Below are positions 1 to 9,106 of a stretch of DNA of 64,000 nucleotides, piece by piece (position 1 is the stretch's first letter; every line of letters begins with the position of its first letter). The position numbers and the translations under genes were made by a program. Source of the DNA: Hyalangium minutum (lineage in GTDB: Bacteria; Myxococcota; Myxococcia; Myxococcales; Myxococcaceae). Where the stretch lies: contig NZ_JMCB01000029.1 of NCBI RefSeq assembly GCF_000737315.1, forward strand, positions 22,721 through 86,720, written 5' to 3'. A model generated the notes under the pieces. It did no database searches. It was not told the DNA's origin and was given only the letters and a program-made list of their open reading frames with translations.

Positions 1-946
1 CAGAGCCGAAGGCGATGAGCAGGCTCTCGGGATCCAGAATCTGCCCCGTGGGCGACACGCGCGTCGCGCGGAGCTCCGCACCGTTGTCCCACACCACGAG
101 GAAGTTCGTGCCGTCCGTGGCCACCGCGGGGCTGCGCTGACGTCCCTGCGCGGGCCAGAGGTCCGAATCATTGAGAGAGCGCTCGGGCGAAAGCACGGGA
201 TCGAGCGTCGCCGGATACCGCGAGCGCTCCAGCACCTCGGCCGGCACCTCGATCACGATGCGTCCGCCCTCGTACCGAGGAGTCAGCCCCGTGCGCGCGC
301 CGTCCGCGTCCACCCACGTCGCCAGTCCGTAGCGCCAGCCGGGCCCTCCCGGAGCCGCGGAGAAGTGAAGCCCCTGGCCGCTCTCGGTGCGGAATGGCTG
401 TCCGCTCACCGATACCTCTACTCGCAGCGCGCCCTCTCCTGAAGGGAGCTCCTCGAAGGTCCAGCTCTGCTCGATGCCCGCCTCCGAGCTGGCAAGCACT
501 TCCCGCACCGCACCGCGCTCGATGTGCACCGCGCCGTCGCCCGCGAGCACCGTCCGGGACGACGTTGCCAATGCCGAGAAGCCTCGCGTCACGCGCACCG
601 TCTCCACCTCGAAAGCCGGGGCGGGCGAGGTAGCGGAACCTGTCACGTTCTCCACGGAAGCGCCGAGCGTGAGACGCCCTGCCTCACTCACTCCCGCGCG
701 GAACACCGACCCCACGTGCTCGTAGCCCTGAGAAGAGGCGTGAAAACGCAGGCTCACGCCGCGAACGACCGCGTTCACATCGAACGGTGCCGGGCGCTCG
801 AGGGGCGGAGCCTCGGCCGGAGCATCGGAGGAGAGCACCGGTACCTGGCAGCGAACGAAGAGGACAGCCACGAGGAGAGCGGTGAAGGAGACGGTGATCA
901 CGCGCTGCCAGCCGCGGGTGGGACACGGCCTCGAAGAAGGGCTCAT
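1..946 (-). CDS. Large secreted or lipid-anchored myxobacterial repeat protein, N-terminal part (runs off the left edge; absent from the ORF track)
   Basis: Hand translation of the minus strand from ATG 946 is open to base 1: [34 protein letters not shown] (signal/lipobox-like), then [35 protein letters not shown] and [31 protein letters not shown], motifs typical of large myxobacterial surface proteins. Confidence 0.8.
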   Translation of the reverse strand, partial: MSPSSRPCPTRGWQRVITVSFTALLVAVLFVRCQVPVLSSDAPAEAPPLERPAPFDVNAVVRGVSLRFHASSQGYEHVGSVFRAGVSEAGRLTLGASVENVTGSATSPAPAFEVETVRVTRGFSALATSSRTVLAGDGAVHIERGAVREVLASSEAGIEQSWTFEELPSGEGALRVEVSVSGQPFRTESGQGLHFSAAPGGPGWRYGLATWVDADGARTGLTPRYEGGRIVIEVPAEVLERSRYPATLDPVLSPERSLNDSDLWPAQGRQRSPAVATDGTNFLVVWDNGAELRATRVSPTGQILDPESLLIAFGS

Positions 947-997
947 GGCGCAAACACACCAGATGAAACGGGTGGAGCACAACGCTCTCCCCGTACC

Positions 998-2974
998 ATG
1001 GATCAGTCCACGGAGCCTTATCGCGTCCTCTACGGTCCCGCCGCCTCTTTTGAAAGGACCGCACGAGTGCGACGTTCTTCCTCCTCCTCTCGGATCTCCG
1101 CTGTCTGTTCCTCTTTGCTGGCGGCCCTGGGCCTGCTGCTCTCGGCTCCCGCCAGTGCTCAGTGGACCCCCGGGACGGCCCTGCCTCACGCCCATACCCA
1201 GGGCGTGATCATCCCCGATGCCACCAGCCGCATCCACGCGATCGGCGGGGGCGACAGCGGCGCCTTCGATACCAACGCCCACGACGAGTTCGATCCCGTC
1301 ACCCACACCTGGATCACCCGCGCGCCCCTTCCCATCAACAACCGCGGCATGGGCGCATCGCTGGGACCGGATGGCCGCATCTACGTCTACGGAGGCTTCG
1401 CGGGCTGGGGCAGCATCGGAGCGGTCTACGCGTACACCCCGAGCACCGACACGTGGGCTCCCCTGGCCTCCATGCCCACGCCGCAGTGGGAGACGCGGGG
1501 CGACTTTGGATCGGACGGCAAGCTCTACGTCTTCGGTGGAGAGACCAATGGGTCCGCGAGCGCCGTGACGCAGATCTACACGCCCTCCACCAACACGTGG
1601 ACAACGGGCGCGAGCATGCCCGGAGGGCGCAGGCAGCATGGGGCCTTCCGGGGCTCGGACGGGCGCTTCTACGTGGTGGGCGGCCAGGACGCCTCCGCCG
1701 CGACCGCGGGGACTTACATCTACAACCCCACCACCAACACGTGGACCACGGGCCCGGCCATGCCGGCGGCAGCGAACTCGTTCGGCCAAGCCGTCTCGAC
1801 GGATCGCAGCCGGTTCTTCGTGCTCGGCGGATCGACTTCCTACAACAACGAGAGCACGCCCCTCTTCGACACCGTCTACATGTTCAACGTGAACACCCAG
1901 GAGTGGACCTCCCTCACGGGGTTCCCCACGGCGCGCCGCGAGCTGGGGGCCACCGTGACCCACTGCCGCCTGCGCACCCTGGGTGGAAGCACGGGCACGT
2001 CCGTCACCACCCATGAGGTGTTCACCCTCACAGGCGCTCCGGACACCAACGGCAACGGCCAGCCGGACTACTGCGAGGATCCGGACATCGACGACGACAA
2101 CGTGCCGAACTCCGCCGACAACTGCCCCACCGTCCCCAATCCGGGCCAGGAGAACCAGGACCATGACGCTCAGGGCGATGCCTGCGACCCCGACGCCGAC
2201 AACGACGCCTTGCCCAATGGCCAGGACAACTGCCCTCTCCACCCCAATGCGGATCAGACCGACTCGGACGCCGACGGCCTGGGCAACGCCTGCGATCCCG
2301 ATAACGATAACGATGGCACGGCGGACCTGTCCGACAACTGCCCGTCCCAATCCAACGCCGACCAGCACGACACCGACGGCGACTCCATTGGCGATGCGTG
2401 CGACTCGGACGACGACAACGACAGCATCGCGGACCCGCAGGACAACTGTCCCCTCGTCGCCAACACCGACCAGCGCGACACCGACGGCGACTCCATCGGC
2501 GATGCCTGCGACAGCGACACCGACAGTGACAACGACACCGTGCCCGACGTCACCGACAACTGCGCTCTCGTCCCCAACCCGGATCAGGCCAACGCTGACA
2601 AAGACGAGCAGGGCGACGCCTGCGACTCGGACGATGACAACGACACCGTGGCCGATGAATGGGACAACTGCCCATTCATTCCCAACACGGACCAGGCTGA
2701 CAGCGACGGGAACGGCAAGGGGGATGTCTGCGACGTGGACAACGACACCGACAAGGACGGCGTCGCCAATGCCACGGACAACTGCCCGCTGGTGGCCAAC
2801 CCCGATCAGCTGGACTCGGATGGCGACGGCGTGGGGGATGCCTGCGACGAAAGTGGAGGGGGAGCTGGCGGCTGCGGCGGCGGCTGCGGCGCAGGACCCA
2901 TCGGCTCCTCGAGCCTGATGCTGTGGGCGCTGGCCGGTCTCGCCCTGCGCGCCCGCCGCCGCTTCGCCCGCTGA
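998..2974 (+). CDS. Kelch-repeat beta-propeller + thrombospondin type-3 repeat surface protein with MYXO-CTERM-like tail
   Basis: Signal peptide ending ASA-QW; Kelch units (IYVYGG, LYVFGG, FYVVGG, FFVLGG ...W); seven DNCP..N.DQ.D.D.DG.GDACD repeats; C-terminal GGCGGGCGAG + hydrophobic stretch + RARRR. Start is uncertain: the ORF-track start at 524 overlaps the opposite gene. Confidence 0.85.
   Translation: MDQSTEPYRVLYGPAASFERTARVRRSSSSSRISAVCSSLLAALGLLLSAPASAQWTPGTALPHAHTQGVIIPDATSRIHAIGGGDSGAFDTNAHDEFDPVTHTWITRAPLPINNRGMGASLGPDGRIYVYGGFAGWGSIGAVYAYTPSTDTWAPLASMPTPQWETRGDFGSDGKLYVFGGETNGSASAVTQIYTPSTNTWTTGASMPGGRRQHGAFRGSDGRFYVVGGQDASAATAGTYIYNPTTNTWTTGPAMPAAANSFGQAVSTDRSRFFVLGGSTSYNNESTPLFDTVYMFNVNTQEWTSLTGFPTARRELGATVTHCRLRTLGGSTGTSVTTHEVFTLTGAPDTNGNGQPDYCEDPDIDDDNVPNSADNCPTVPNPGQENQDHDAQGDACDPDADNDALPNGQDNCPLHPNADQTDSDADGLGNACDPDNDNDGTADLSDNCPSQSNADQHDTDGDSIGDACDSDDDNDSIADPQDNCPLVANTDQRDTDGDSIGDACDSDTDSDNDTVPDVTDNCALVPNPDQANADKDEQGDACDSDDDNDTVADEWDNCPFIPNTDQADSDGNGKGDVCDVDNDTDKDGVANATDNCPLVANPDQLDSDGDGVGDACDESGGGAGGCGGGCGAGPIGSSSLMLWALAGLALRARRRFAR
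2117..2848 (+). repeat. Intragenic tandem repeat, 7 units of about 108-114 bp encoding Ca-binding TSP3 repeats
   Basis: GACAACTG recurs about every 108 bp and translates to DNCP...GDACD units. Confidence 0.9.
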
Positions 2975-3000
2975 GGCCCCGGGCTCCACTGCCAAGCATG

Positions 3001-3030
3001 AAAAAAGGGGCCTCCTCTCGGAGGCCCCTT
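3001..3030 (-). terminator. Rho-independent terminator between convergent genes
   Basis: Perfect 11-bp stem aaggggcctcc/ggaggcccctt with a tctc loop; the A-run at 3001-3006 gives a U-tract on the minus strand, downstream of the MBL hydrolase. Confidence 0.8.
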
Positions 3031-3078
3031 CGCTTTCAGCGGCCTGCGTGCAGCGCCGTCACAGCGGCGCGCACCGCG

Positions 3079-4056
3079 CTAGAACTTGTTGGTGTAAGGA
3101 GCCGCGAAGTAGACGTAGCCCTTGCCCTCGGGAGCGATGTGGCCGATGCCCGGGAACGGGAGGTGGGCAGCGCCAATCCAGTAGCCATTCTTGGCGGCGT
3201 CCGCGTAGGCCTTCTTGCGCTGGGCCAAGGCGGCCTTCGAGTCGCTGTCGAACTGGATGGTGACCGACGGGTCGGGGAACTGCACGGCGGCGATGTGCAT
3301 CAGGTCGCCCCACAGCACCAGCTTCTGGCCCTTGCTCTCCACGGAGTAGACGCTGTGGCCCGGGGTGTGGCCGGGGGTGTTGAGGGCCTTGATGCCGGGC
3401 ACCAGCTCGGTGTCACCCTCGAAGGGCTTGAGCTTGCCAGCGGTGGAGTACGGGGTGAGCATGGTCGAGGCCTGCTGGAACATCGACTGCGCCTCGGCGG
3501 GGGCCTTCTTCGCATTCTCGGCGTTGGTCCAGAAGTCCGCCTCGGCCTTGGCCAGGTGCAGGGTGGCGTTGGGGAAGGCGAGCTTGTCACCGGCGACCAG
3601 ACCGCCCAGGTGGTCCGGGTGCAGGTGGGTGATGAGCACGGCATCGATCTGTTCCGGCTGGTAGCCGGCCGCCTTCAGGCTGTTCTGGAGCTTGCCCAGC
3701 GTGGGGCCGAAGAGGTTGCCAGCGCCCGTGTCGACCAGCACCAGCTTGGAGCCGGTGTTGATCAGGAAGGCGTTGGTGGAGCTCTCCACGGGCGACTTCA
3801 GGCCCGCACGCGCGAAGGCCTTGTTGAGCGGGTCCGGCTTGATGTTGGTCAGCAGCTTGTCGAACGGCAGGTCGACGGTGCCGTCGAGCAGGGCGGTGAT
3901 CTCGAAGTCACCGAGCATCATGCGGTAGTAGCCCGGAGCCTGGGTCTTGACCTGGGGCGCGGCGGCCAGAGCGGAGGCAGGGACGAGCACGGCGCCGCTC
4001 GCGGCGGTGAGGGCCGCAGCAACCGCGGCGCGCCAAGGGGAGGAACGCATCTTCAT
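3079..4056 (-). CDS. Secreted MBL-fold metallo-hydrolase (methyl-parathion-hydrolase-like)
   Basis: Signal peptide, QAPGYYRMMLGDFEITALLDG, THLHPDHLGG (HxHxDH), TPGHTPGH, WGDLMH, AAHLPFPG; RBS ggaga before ATG 4056. Confidence 0.9.
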   Translation of the reverse strand: MKMRSSPWRAAVAAALTAASGAVLVPASALAAAPQVKTQAPGYYRMMLGDFEITALLDGTVDLPFDKLLTNIKPDPLNKAFARAGLKSPVESSTNAFLINTGSKLVLVDTGAGNLFGPTLGKLQNSLKAAGYQPEQIDAVLITHLHPDHLGGLVAGDKLAFPNATLHLAKAEADFWTNAENAKKAPAEAQSMFQQASTMLTPYSTAGKLKPFEGDTELVPGIKALNTPGHTPGHSVYSVESKGQKLVLWGDLMHIAAVQFPDPSVTIQFDSDSKAALAQRKKAYADAAKNGYWIGAAHLPFPGIGHIAPEGKGYVYFAAPYTNKF

Positions 4057-4129
4057 GGTGAGTCTCCACGGGTGAAGGACTGCGTCCGCGTTATCCTCCA
4101 GTTTTCCGTGGGTGGGACCCAAATTCCGT

Positions 4130-4657
4130 ATGATCCAGGATGTGAACGTGCGGCGGCTCAGCGCCAGCGAGGCCGCCGCCTCTGTGGAGGCGCTGGCGGA
4201 TGTGCTGCTCGACTGCGTCGAGGGCGGCGCGTCCGTGAGCTTCTTGTGGCCGCTGCCTCGCGAGAAGGCCGTGGCGTTCTGGCGAGGTGTCGCCGCTGGC
4301 GTCGCGCGGGGGGAGCGGGTGCTGCTCGTTGCCGAGGACGGAGAGGAGCAGCTCATCGGCACAGTGCAGTTGGTGCTCGCGATGCCGGACAACCAGCCGC
4401 ACCGAGGCGACGTGGCGAAGATGCTCGTGCACCGCAAGGCCCGCCGCCGCGGCGTAGCTCAGCGGCTGATGGAGGCCATCGACGACGAGGCGCGCAAGGA
4501 GGGCAAGACGGTGCTGGTGCTGGACACGGTGACGGGGAGCGACGCGGAGCGGCTCTACGCGCGGGCCGGGTGGCAGCGGGTGGGCGAGATCCCCAAGTAC
4601 GCCCTGCTGCCCACGGGCGAGTTCTGCGGGACGACGGTCTTCTACAAGCACCTCTGA
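4130..4657 (+). CDS. GNAT family N-acetyltransferase
   Basis: GASVSF, NQPHRGDVAKMLVHRKARRRGVA (acetyl-CoA motif A), LVLDTVTGSDAERLY..GW. Confidence 0.9.
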   Translation: MIQDVNVRRLSASEAAASVEALADVLLDCVEGGASVSFLWPLPREKAVAFWRGVAAGVARGERVLLVAEDGEEQLIGTVQLVLAMPDNQPHRGDVAKMLVHRKARRRGVAQRLMEAIDDEARKEGKTVLVLDTVTGSDAERLYARAGWQRVGEIPKYALLPTGEFCGTTVFYKHL

Positions 4658-4675
4658 GCGAAGCGCGGTGGGCCG

Positions 4676-5206
4676 TCAGGGCTTGGGGCCTTCCTCGGTG
4701 AACTCGGCCTCTTCCTCGCCCAGGGCCTTCCGGGGAGGTCTGGAGGCCCCCTCCCCCACCGTCTCCTCCAGCGTGGGGCGCGGCGGCCCGGGGGCACGCT
4801 CCGGGTGGACGGCTCCTCCGAAGGGGGTCACCCGCAGCGTCCCCTGCTGCATGCGGCGCTCGACCCCACGGCGGAAACGCCTGGAGAGCCACCGCCGCGC
4901 CGGAGGCAGCAGCAGGAAGAGCCCCATCGCATCCGTCACGAAGCCCGGGATGATGAGCAGCACCCCACCCACCCAGACGAGTGCGGCACTGACCAGGCCT
5001 TCCTCGGGGACTCGCCCCTCGGCGTGCGCCGTCTGCCACTTGCGCAGCACGCGCAGGCCTTCTTTCTTGGCCAGCCAGCTGCCCATCAGGCCCGCCGCCA
5101 GGAGGAGCCCCAATGTCGGTGCCACGCCGAGCTGCCTGCCCACGGTGAGCAGCAGGTACAGCTCCACGAACGGCAGGGCCAACGCGAGGAAGAGGTATTT
5201 CGACAC
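4676..5206 (-). CDS. fxsA: FxsA family membrane protein
   Basis: LPFVELYLL..VG, GGVLLIIPGFVTDAMGL.LLLP signature. Confidence 0.9.
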   Translation of the reverse strand: MSKYLFLALALPFVELYLLLTVGRQLGVAPTLGLLLAAGLMGSWLAKKEGLRVLRKWQTAHAEGRVPEEGLVSAALVWVGGVLLIIPGFVTDAMGLFLLLPPARRWLSRRFRRGVERRMQQGTLRVTPFGGAVHPERAPGPPRPTLEETVGEGASRPPRKALGEEEAEFTEEGPKP

Positions 5207-5257
5207 GCCCCCTCTTTAATGCGCCGCCGCTGCTTTTTCCGCCCTTACGTCCAGCCT

Positions 5258-5773
5258 CTAGCCTCCCATCTGACTCAGCAGCTTGTCGACCAGCAGGTAC
5301 AGCAGGAAGAACCCTCCGCCAATCACCAGCAGGACCTTGAGCCCCGTGGGCATCCCCTCCGGCGGCGCGGCGTAGCTGGCGGCCACCGCCTCGGACACCC
5401 CCATCATCTCCCCCGCGTAGCGCGCCGTGCGCAGGAACTGGTCCGCCACCGCGCCCGCGTCATTGGCGCTCAGGGCCCGGCCCAGCTGCGGATCCACGAG
5501 GCGCACCTCGGCGGCCGCGGCCAGCGCCGCGCCCTCCTCCACCACCTCGCGGGCCAGATCCATCCGGTCCGACAGCGGGATGCGCAGCTCCGTGGCGACG
5601 AGCTGCCCGCCTTCGCGCAGCTCGCTCACCTCCACGTCCCCGTTCTTGAGGCGCCACACCCGTACCCCGTCGGGGCGAGCGACCGCCCCTTTCTCCCCAA
5701 GGAGGGCGTCCACCCGGGTGCTGTCATACGGCGTCCCGGGAACCATTGTCTGAAGGAGCAGCTCGTATCTCAC
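5258..5773 (-). CDS. Hypothetical protein with C-terminal membrane anchor
   Basis: Good GC3 codon bias; C-terminal hydrophobic segment VLLVIGGGFFLLYLLV. Start uncertain (GTG 5773 or ATG 5746). Confidence 0.7.
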   Translation of the reverse strand: MRYELLLQTMVPGTPYDSTRVDALLGEKGAVARPDGVRVWRLKNGDVEVSELREGGQLVATELRIPLSDRMDLAREVVEEGAALAAAAEVRLVDPQLGRALSANDAGAVADQFLRTARYAGEMMGVSEAVAASYAAPPEGMPTGLKVLLVIGGGFFLLYLLVDKLLSQMGG

Positions 5774-5778
5774 GCGGG

Positions 5779-7032
5779 TTGGCAGTATACGCCGCGCCAC
5801 GACCATGCCCACCACGCCCGGACAGAAGAGCGGAAGGCCCCCCCGCCCCCAGCACGGCCGAGGCCGCCCCCATCCCCCAGGTCCAGCTCCTGCGCCGCGG
5901 CGTCGAGCGCTGGCAGGCTGGCCACCCGTGGATTTACCGCGCCGACCTCAACGGTGACCCTGGCCTCCCCGGCGGCGAGGTGGTGCGCGTCACCGACGGG
6001 CGCGGCTGGTTCATCGGCAAGGCCTTCTATTCGAAGCACTCGAAGATCTCCCTGCGCTGGCTCTCCTACGAGGACATCCCCGTCGACGTGGACTTCTTCC
6101 GCCAGCGCCTGGTCTCGGCCGATGCCCTGCGCCGCAAAGCCCTCCCCGGCGAGCGCACCTACCGCGTGGTGCACGGCGAGGCGGACCAGCTCCCCGGGCT
6201 CGTGGTGGACCGCTACGGGGACTACCTCAGCGTGCAGTTCCTCGTGCCCGCCATGGAGGCCCGCAAGGAGCTCATCACCGATCTGCTCACCGAGCTGTTC
6301 TCCCCCCGCGCTATCGTCAACCGCTCGGATGTAGGGGTGCGCGCCCTGGAGGGCCTGCAGCCCGAGAAGACCGTGCTGCGCGGCGAGCTGCCCGGCCCCG
6401 TCTCCTTCGACGAGGGCCTCGTGCGCATGCGCGCCGATCTGCTCGAGGGCCAGAAGACCGGCGCCTTCCTCGACCAGCGCGAGAACCACGTCATGGCCTC
6501 GCAGTACGCCTTCGGCGAGGCGCTGGACTGCTTCTCCTATGTGGGCGGCTTCGCGCTCCAGCTCGCCACCCGCGCCCAGCGCGTCACCGCCGTGGAGATC
6601 TCCGAGGCCGCCAGCGCCCAGCTGCGCGACAACGCCGCCGCCAACCGCCTCACCAACCTGGACGTCGTCGTCGCCAACGCCTTCGACTTCCTCCGCGACT
6701 CGGTGGACGAGGGCAAGCGCTACGACACCATCGTCCTGGATCCACCCTCGTTCGCGAAGAACAAGGATGCCGTGGCAGCCGCGCTTCGCGGGTACAAAGA
6801 GATCAACCTGCGCGCCATGCAGCTGCTCCGCCCCGGCGGCTACCTCATCTCCGCCAGCTGCACGTACCACGTGGATGAGCAGGCCTTCGAGGACATGTTG
6901 GCCTCCGCTGCGGCCGATGCGCGCCGGCGCGTGCAGATCATCGAGCGCCGGGGTGCGGGCAAGGATCACCCGGTACTCCTGAATTTGCGGGAGACGCGCT
7001 ACCTGAAGTGCTTCGTCCTGCGGGTGCTGTGA
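5779..7032 (+). CDS. rlmI: Class I SAM-dependent rRNA methyltransferase, RlmI/YccW type (PUA + MTase)
   Basis: GHPWIY, GEADQLPGLVVDRYG, GQKTGAFLDQRENH, LDCFSYVGGF, DTIVLDPPSF, DHPVLL..ETRYLK. Start is unclear (see finding on the C7 run). Confidence 0.85.
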   Translation: MAVYAAPRPCPPRPDRRAEGPPAPSTAEAAPIPQVQLLRRGVERWQAGHPWIYRADLNGDPGLPGGEVVRVTDGRGWFIGKAFYSKHSKISLRWLSYEDIPVDVDFFRQRLVSADALRRKALPGERTYRVVHGEADQLPGLVVDRYGDYLSVQFLVPAMEARKELITDLLTELFSPRAIVNRSDVGVRALEGLQPEKTVLRGELPGPVSFDEGLVRMRADLLEGQKTGAFLDQRENHVMASQYAFGEALDCFSYVGGFALQLATRAQRVTAVEISEAASAQLRDNAAANRLTNLDVVVANAFDFLRDSVDEGKRYDTIVLDPPSFAKNKDAVAAALRGYKEINLRAMQLLRPGGYLISASCTYHVDEQAFEDMLASAAADARRRVQIIERRGAGKDHPVLLNLRETRYLKCFVLRVL

Positions 7033-7083
7033 GCCCGCCGCATTCGACCGCGGCCCCCCCGGTGTGAGAAAAAGGGACTGCGG

Positions 7084-7569
7084 ATGCGAGCGCGCGACTG
7101 GGACGATGAGGAGCAGGCCCCTGCCACCTCGGCGATCGCCGAGGCGCGCGCCCTCAGCGAGCTGCGTGCCATCTACCGGCAGGCGGATGCCGCCTACGCC
7201 CCCTTCTCCTGCCCCGCCAGCGGCGAGTGCTGCCAGCTCGCGAAGACTCAGCGCCAGCCGTGGCTTTGGTACCCGGAGTGGAAGCTGCTCTCCGCTCACC
7301 GTCCGCTTCCACCGAAGCGCGCGGATGGGGGCTGCCCGTACCTGGATGCCTCGGGCCTGCGGTGCACCGCCTACGCGGATCGGCCCTTTGGCTGCCGCAC
7401 CTTCTTCTGCGAGCGGATCCGGGGCCCCGCTCGCCAGCCCGTGGAGACGGTCGATGCGCTGCTGCGGCGGCTCGAGGCTGTCTCTCAACGCGTGAGGCCG
7501 GGCCTGACAGGGCCGCGGCCCCTACTGGAGTGGCACACCGAGGCCCTCTCCTCGGAGGAGCAATCATGA
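7084..7569 (+). CDS. YkgJ-family cysteine-cluster (Zn/Fe-S) protein
   Basis: CPASGECC, CPYLD...C.AY..RPFGCRTFFC. Confidence 0.8.
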   Translation: MRARDWDDEEQAPATSAIAEARALSELRAIYRQADAAYAPFSCPASGECCQLAKTQRQPWLWYPEWKLLSAHRPLPPKRADGGCPYLDASGLRCTAYADRPFGCRTFFCERIRGPARQPVETVDALLRRLEAVSQRVRPGLTGPRPLLEWHTEALSSEEQS

Positions 7570-7910
7570 GCCGTCGTTCATGGAAGACGTGGGCTGCAGG
7601 GGCGTTGCTGGCGCTGCTGGCGGGGTGCGCCAGCGGAGGCTCGAACACAGTAGCTGCGGCCATCATCAACACCACCGTGGCGGTGGCTGCCTCGGGCGTG
7701 TCGCGCTCACAGGGCGGGTGCTTCTCAGCGTGTGCCCCGGGCACCACGTGCGATCCCAACACGGGCTACTGCGTCGCCCTGCCTTGCCGCGGCCGGTGCA
7801 AGGACCATGAGCAGTGCGTGGAGGACGGGTTCAAGAGCCAATGTGTCGCCCTGTCCCTGCCCGGACAGGTGACGGTGGAGCCGACCAAGGAAGCGAAGAC
7901 CGACCCGTGA
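7566..7910 (+). CDS. Small Cys-rich lipoprotein
   Basis: Lipobox LLAGC, then 8 further Cys in an EGF-like spacing; ATGA overlap with the upstream stop. Confidence 0.8.
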   Translation: MSRRSWKTWAAGALLALLAGCASGGSNTVAAAIINTTVAVAASGVSRSQGGCFSACAPGTTCDPNTGYCVALPCRGRCKDHEQCVEDGFKSQCVALSLPGQVTVEPTKEAKTDP

Positions 7911-9091
7911 CGCTTCGCTGGCTCGTTGCCCCTCAGGAGTTCAAGGGGACTCTCACCGCCTCCGAGGTGGCCGAGGCTCTCCAGGCCGGGCTCCAGGAAG
8001 CCGCTCCCGAAGTCCTCCTCGATGTCGCGCCGCTCGCGGATGGCGGGCCCGGTACCGTGGACGCGCTGCTCGCGGGAGGCGCTGGAGAGCAACGGGTCCT
8101 CACCGTGCAGGGCCCGCTTGGCGCTCCGGTCCAGGCAGCCTGGGCGCTGCTGGAGTCCGGACGGACGGCGATCATCGAGATGGCCGCGGCCTCGGGGCTG
8201 TCGCTGCTGCGCCCCGAGGAGCGGGATGCCCGGCGCGCGTCCACGTATGGCACGGGGGAGCTGATCCGCGCGGCGCTGGATGCGGGCTGCTCGCGGATCA
8301 TCGTCGGCATGGGTGGCAGCGCGACGAACGACGGCGGGGCCGGGGCGCTCACGGCGCTGGGCTACTGCTTTCTCGATGCGCAGGGCCAGCTGCTGCCTCC
8401 GGGTGGCGCCGCGCTCCGGCAGATGGCGCGCGTGGACATCACCCAGCGGCACCCCCGGCTCACGGAGGTGGAGCTGCTGGCGGCCACGGACGTGACGGCC
8501 CCGCTGCTGGGCCCCAATGGCGCCTCGCAGCTGTTCGGGCCGCAGAAGGGCGCGGATCCTCAGACGGTGGAGCAGCTGGAGGAGGCACTGGCCTGGTTCG
8601 CGCAGGGGCTCGCGCCCGAGTTCATCCGGGTGCCGGGCGCGGGAGCGGCCGGAGGGCTCGGGTACGGGCTGGCGGTGCTGGCGGGGGCGAACATCGCCTC
8701 CGGGTACCGGCTGGTCGCCCATGGGCTCCGGCTGGAGCGGCGAGTGGCGGTGGCGGACGTGGTGCTCACCGGCGAGGGGCGCTTCGATCGGCAGACCACC
8801 CTGGGCAAGGGGCCGGCCGCCCTGGCGCGCACGGCCAAGGAGCTGGGCAAGCCGGTGGTGCTCTTCGTGGGCTCGACCGTCCACGAGGAGGGGCTGGACA
8901 CCACGCTGTTCCAAGAGATCATCGAGCTGGGCAGTCCGCCGTTCGACAAGGAGGCCGCGGTGCGGGCGCTCCGGGAGGCCGCCGCGCGCTGGGCCTCCAC
9001 CGCCCGGCACATGAAGCCGCACGACGAACGGGATCGCGGCCACGACCGGGAAGCCGGGGACGAGCACCTGGGCTCTGGCGGTTCGATGTAG
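7907..9091 (+). CDS. glxK: Glycerate kinase (class I, GlxK/GarK family)
   Basis: PQEFKGTL, ADGGPGT, EMAAASGL, STYGTGELI, GSATNDGG, GAGAAGGLG, TGEGRFDRQT; GTGA overlap. Confidence 0.9.
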   Translation: MTLRWLVAPQEFKGTLTASEVAEALQAGLQEAAPEVLLDVAPLADGGPGTVDALLAGGAGEQRVLTVQGPLGAPVQAAWALLESGRTAIIEMAAASGLSLLRPEERDARRASTYGTGELIRAALDAGCSRIIVGMGGSATNDGGAGALTALGYCFLDAQGQLLPPGGAALRQMARVDITQRHPRLTEVELLAATDVTAPLLGPNGASQLFGPQKGADPQTVEQLEEALAWFAQGLAPEFIRVPGAGAAGGLGYGLAVLAGANIASGYRLVAHGLRLERRVAVADVVLTGEGRFDRQTTLGKGPAALARTAKELGKPVVLFVGSTVHEEGLDTTLFQEIIELGSPPFDKEAAVRALREAAARWASTARHMKPHDERDRGHDREAGDEHLGSGGSM

Positions 9092-9106
9092 CGAGAGGAC
9101 CAGGCC

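Noticed and set aside
2117-2848. Regularly spaced repeats resembling a CRISPR array (also 51253-51756)
   Set aside because: The units are degenerate at third codon positions, in frame, and encode TSP3 repeats; there are no identical repeats with unique spacers and no cas genes.
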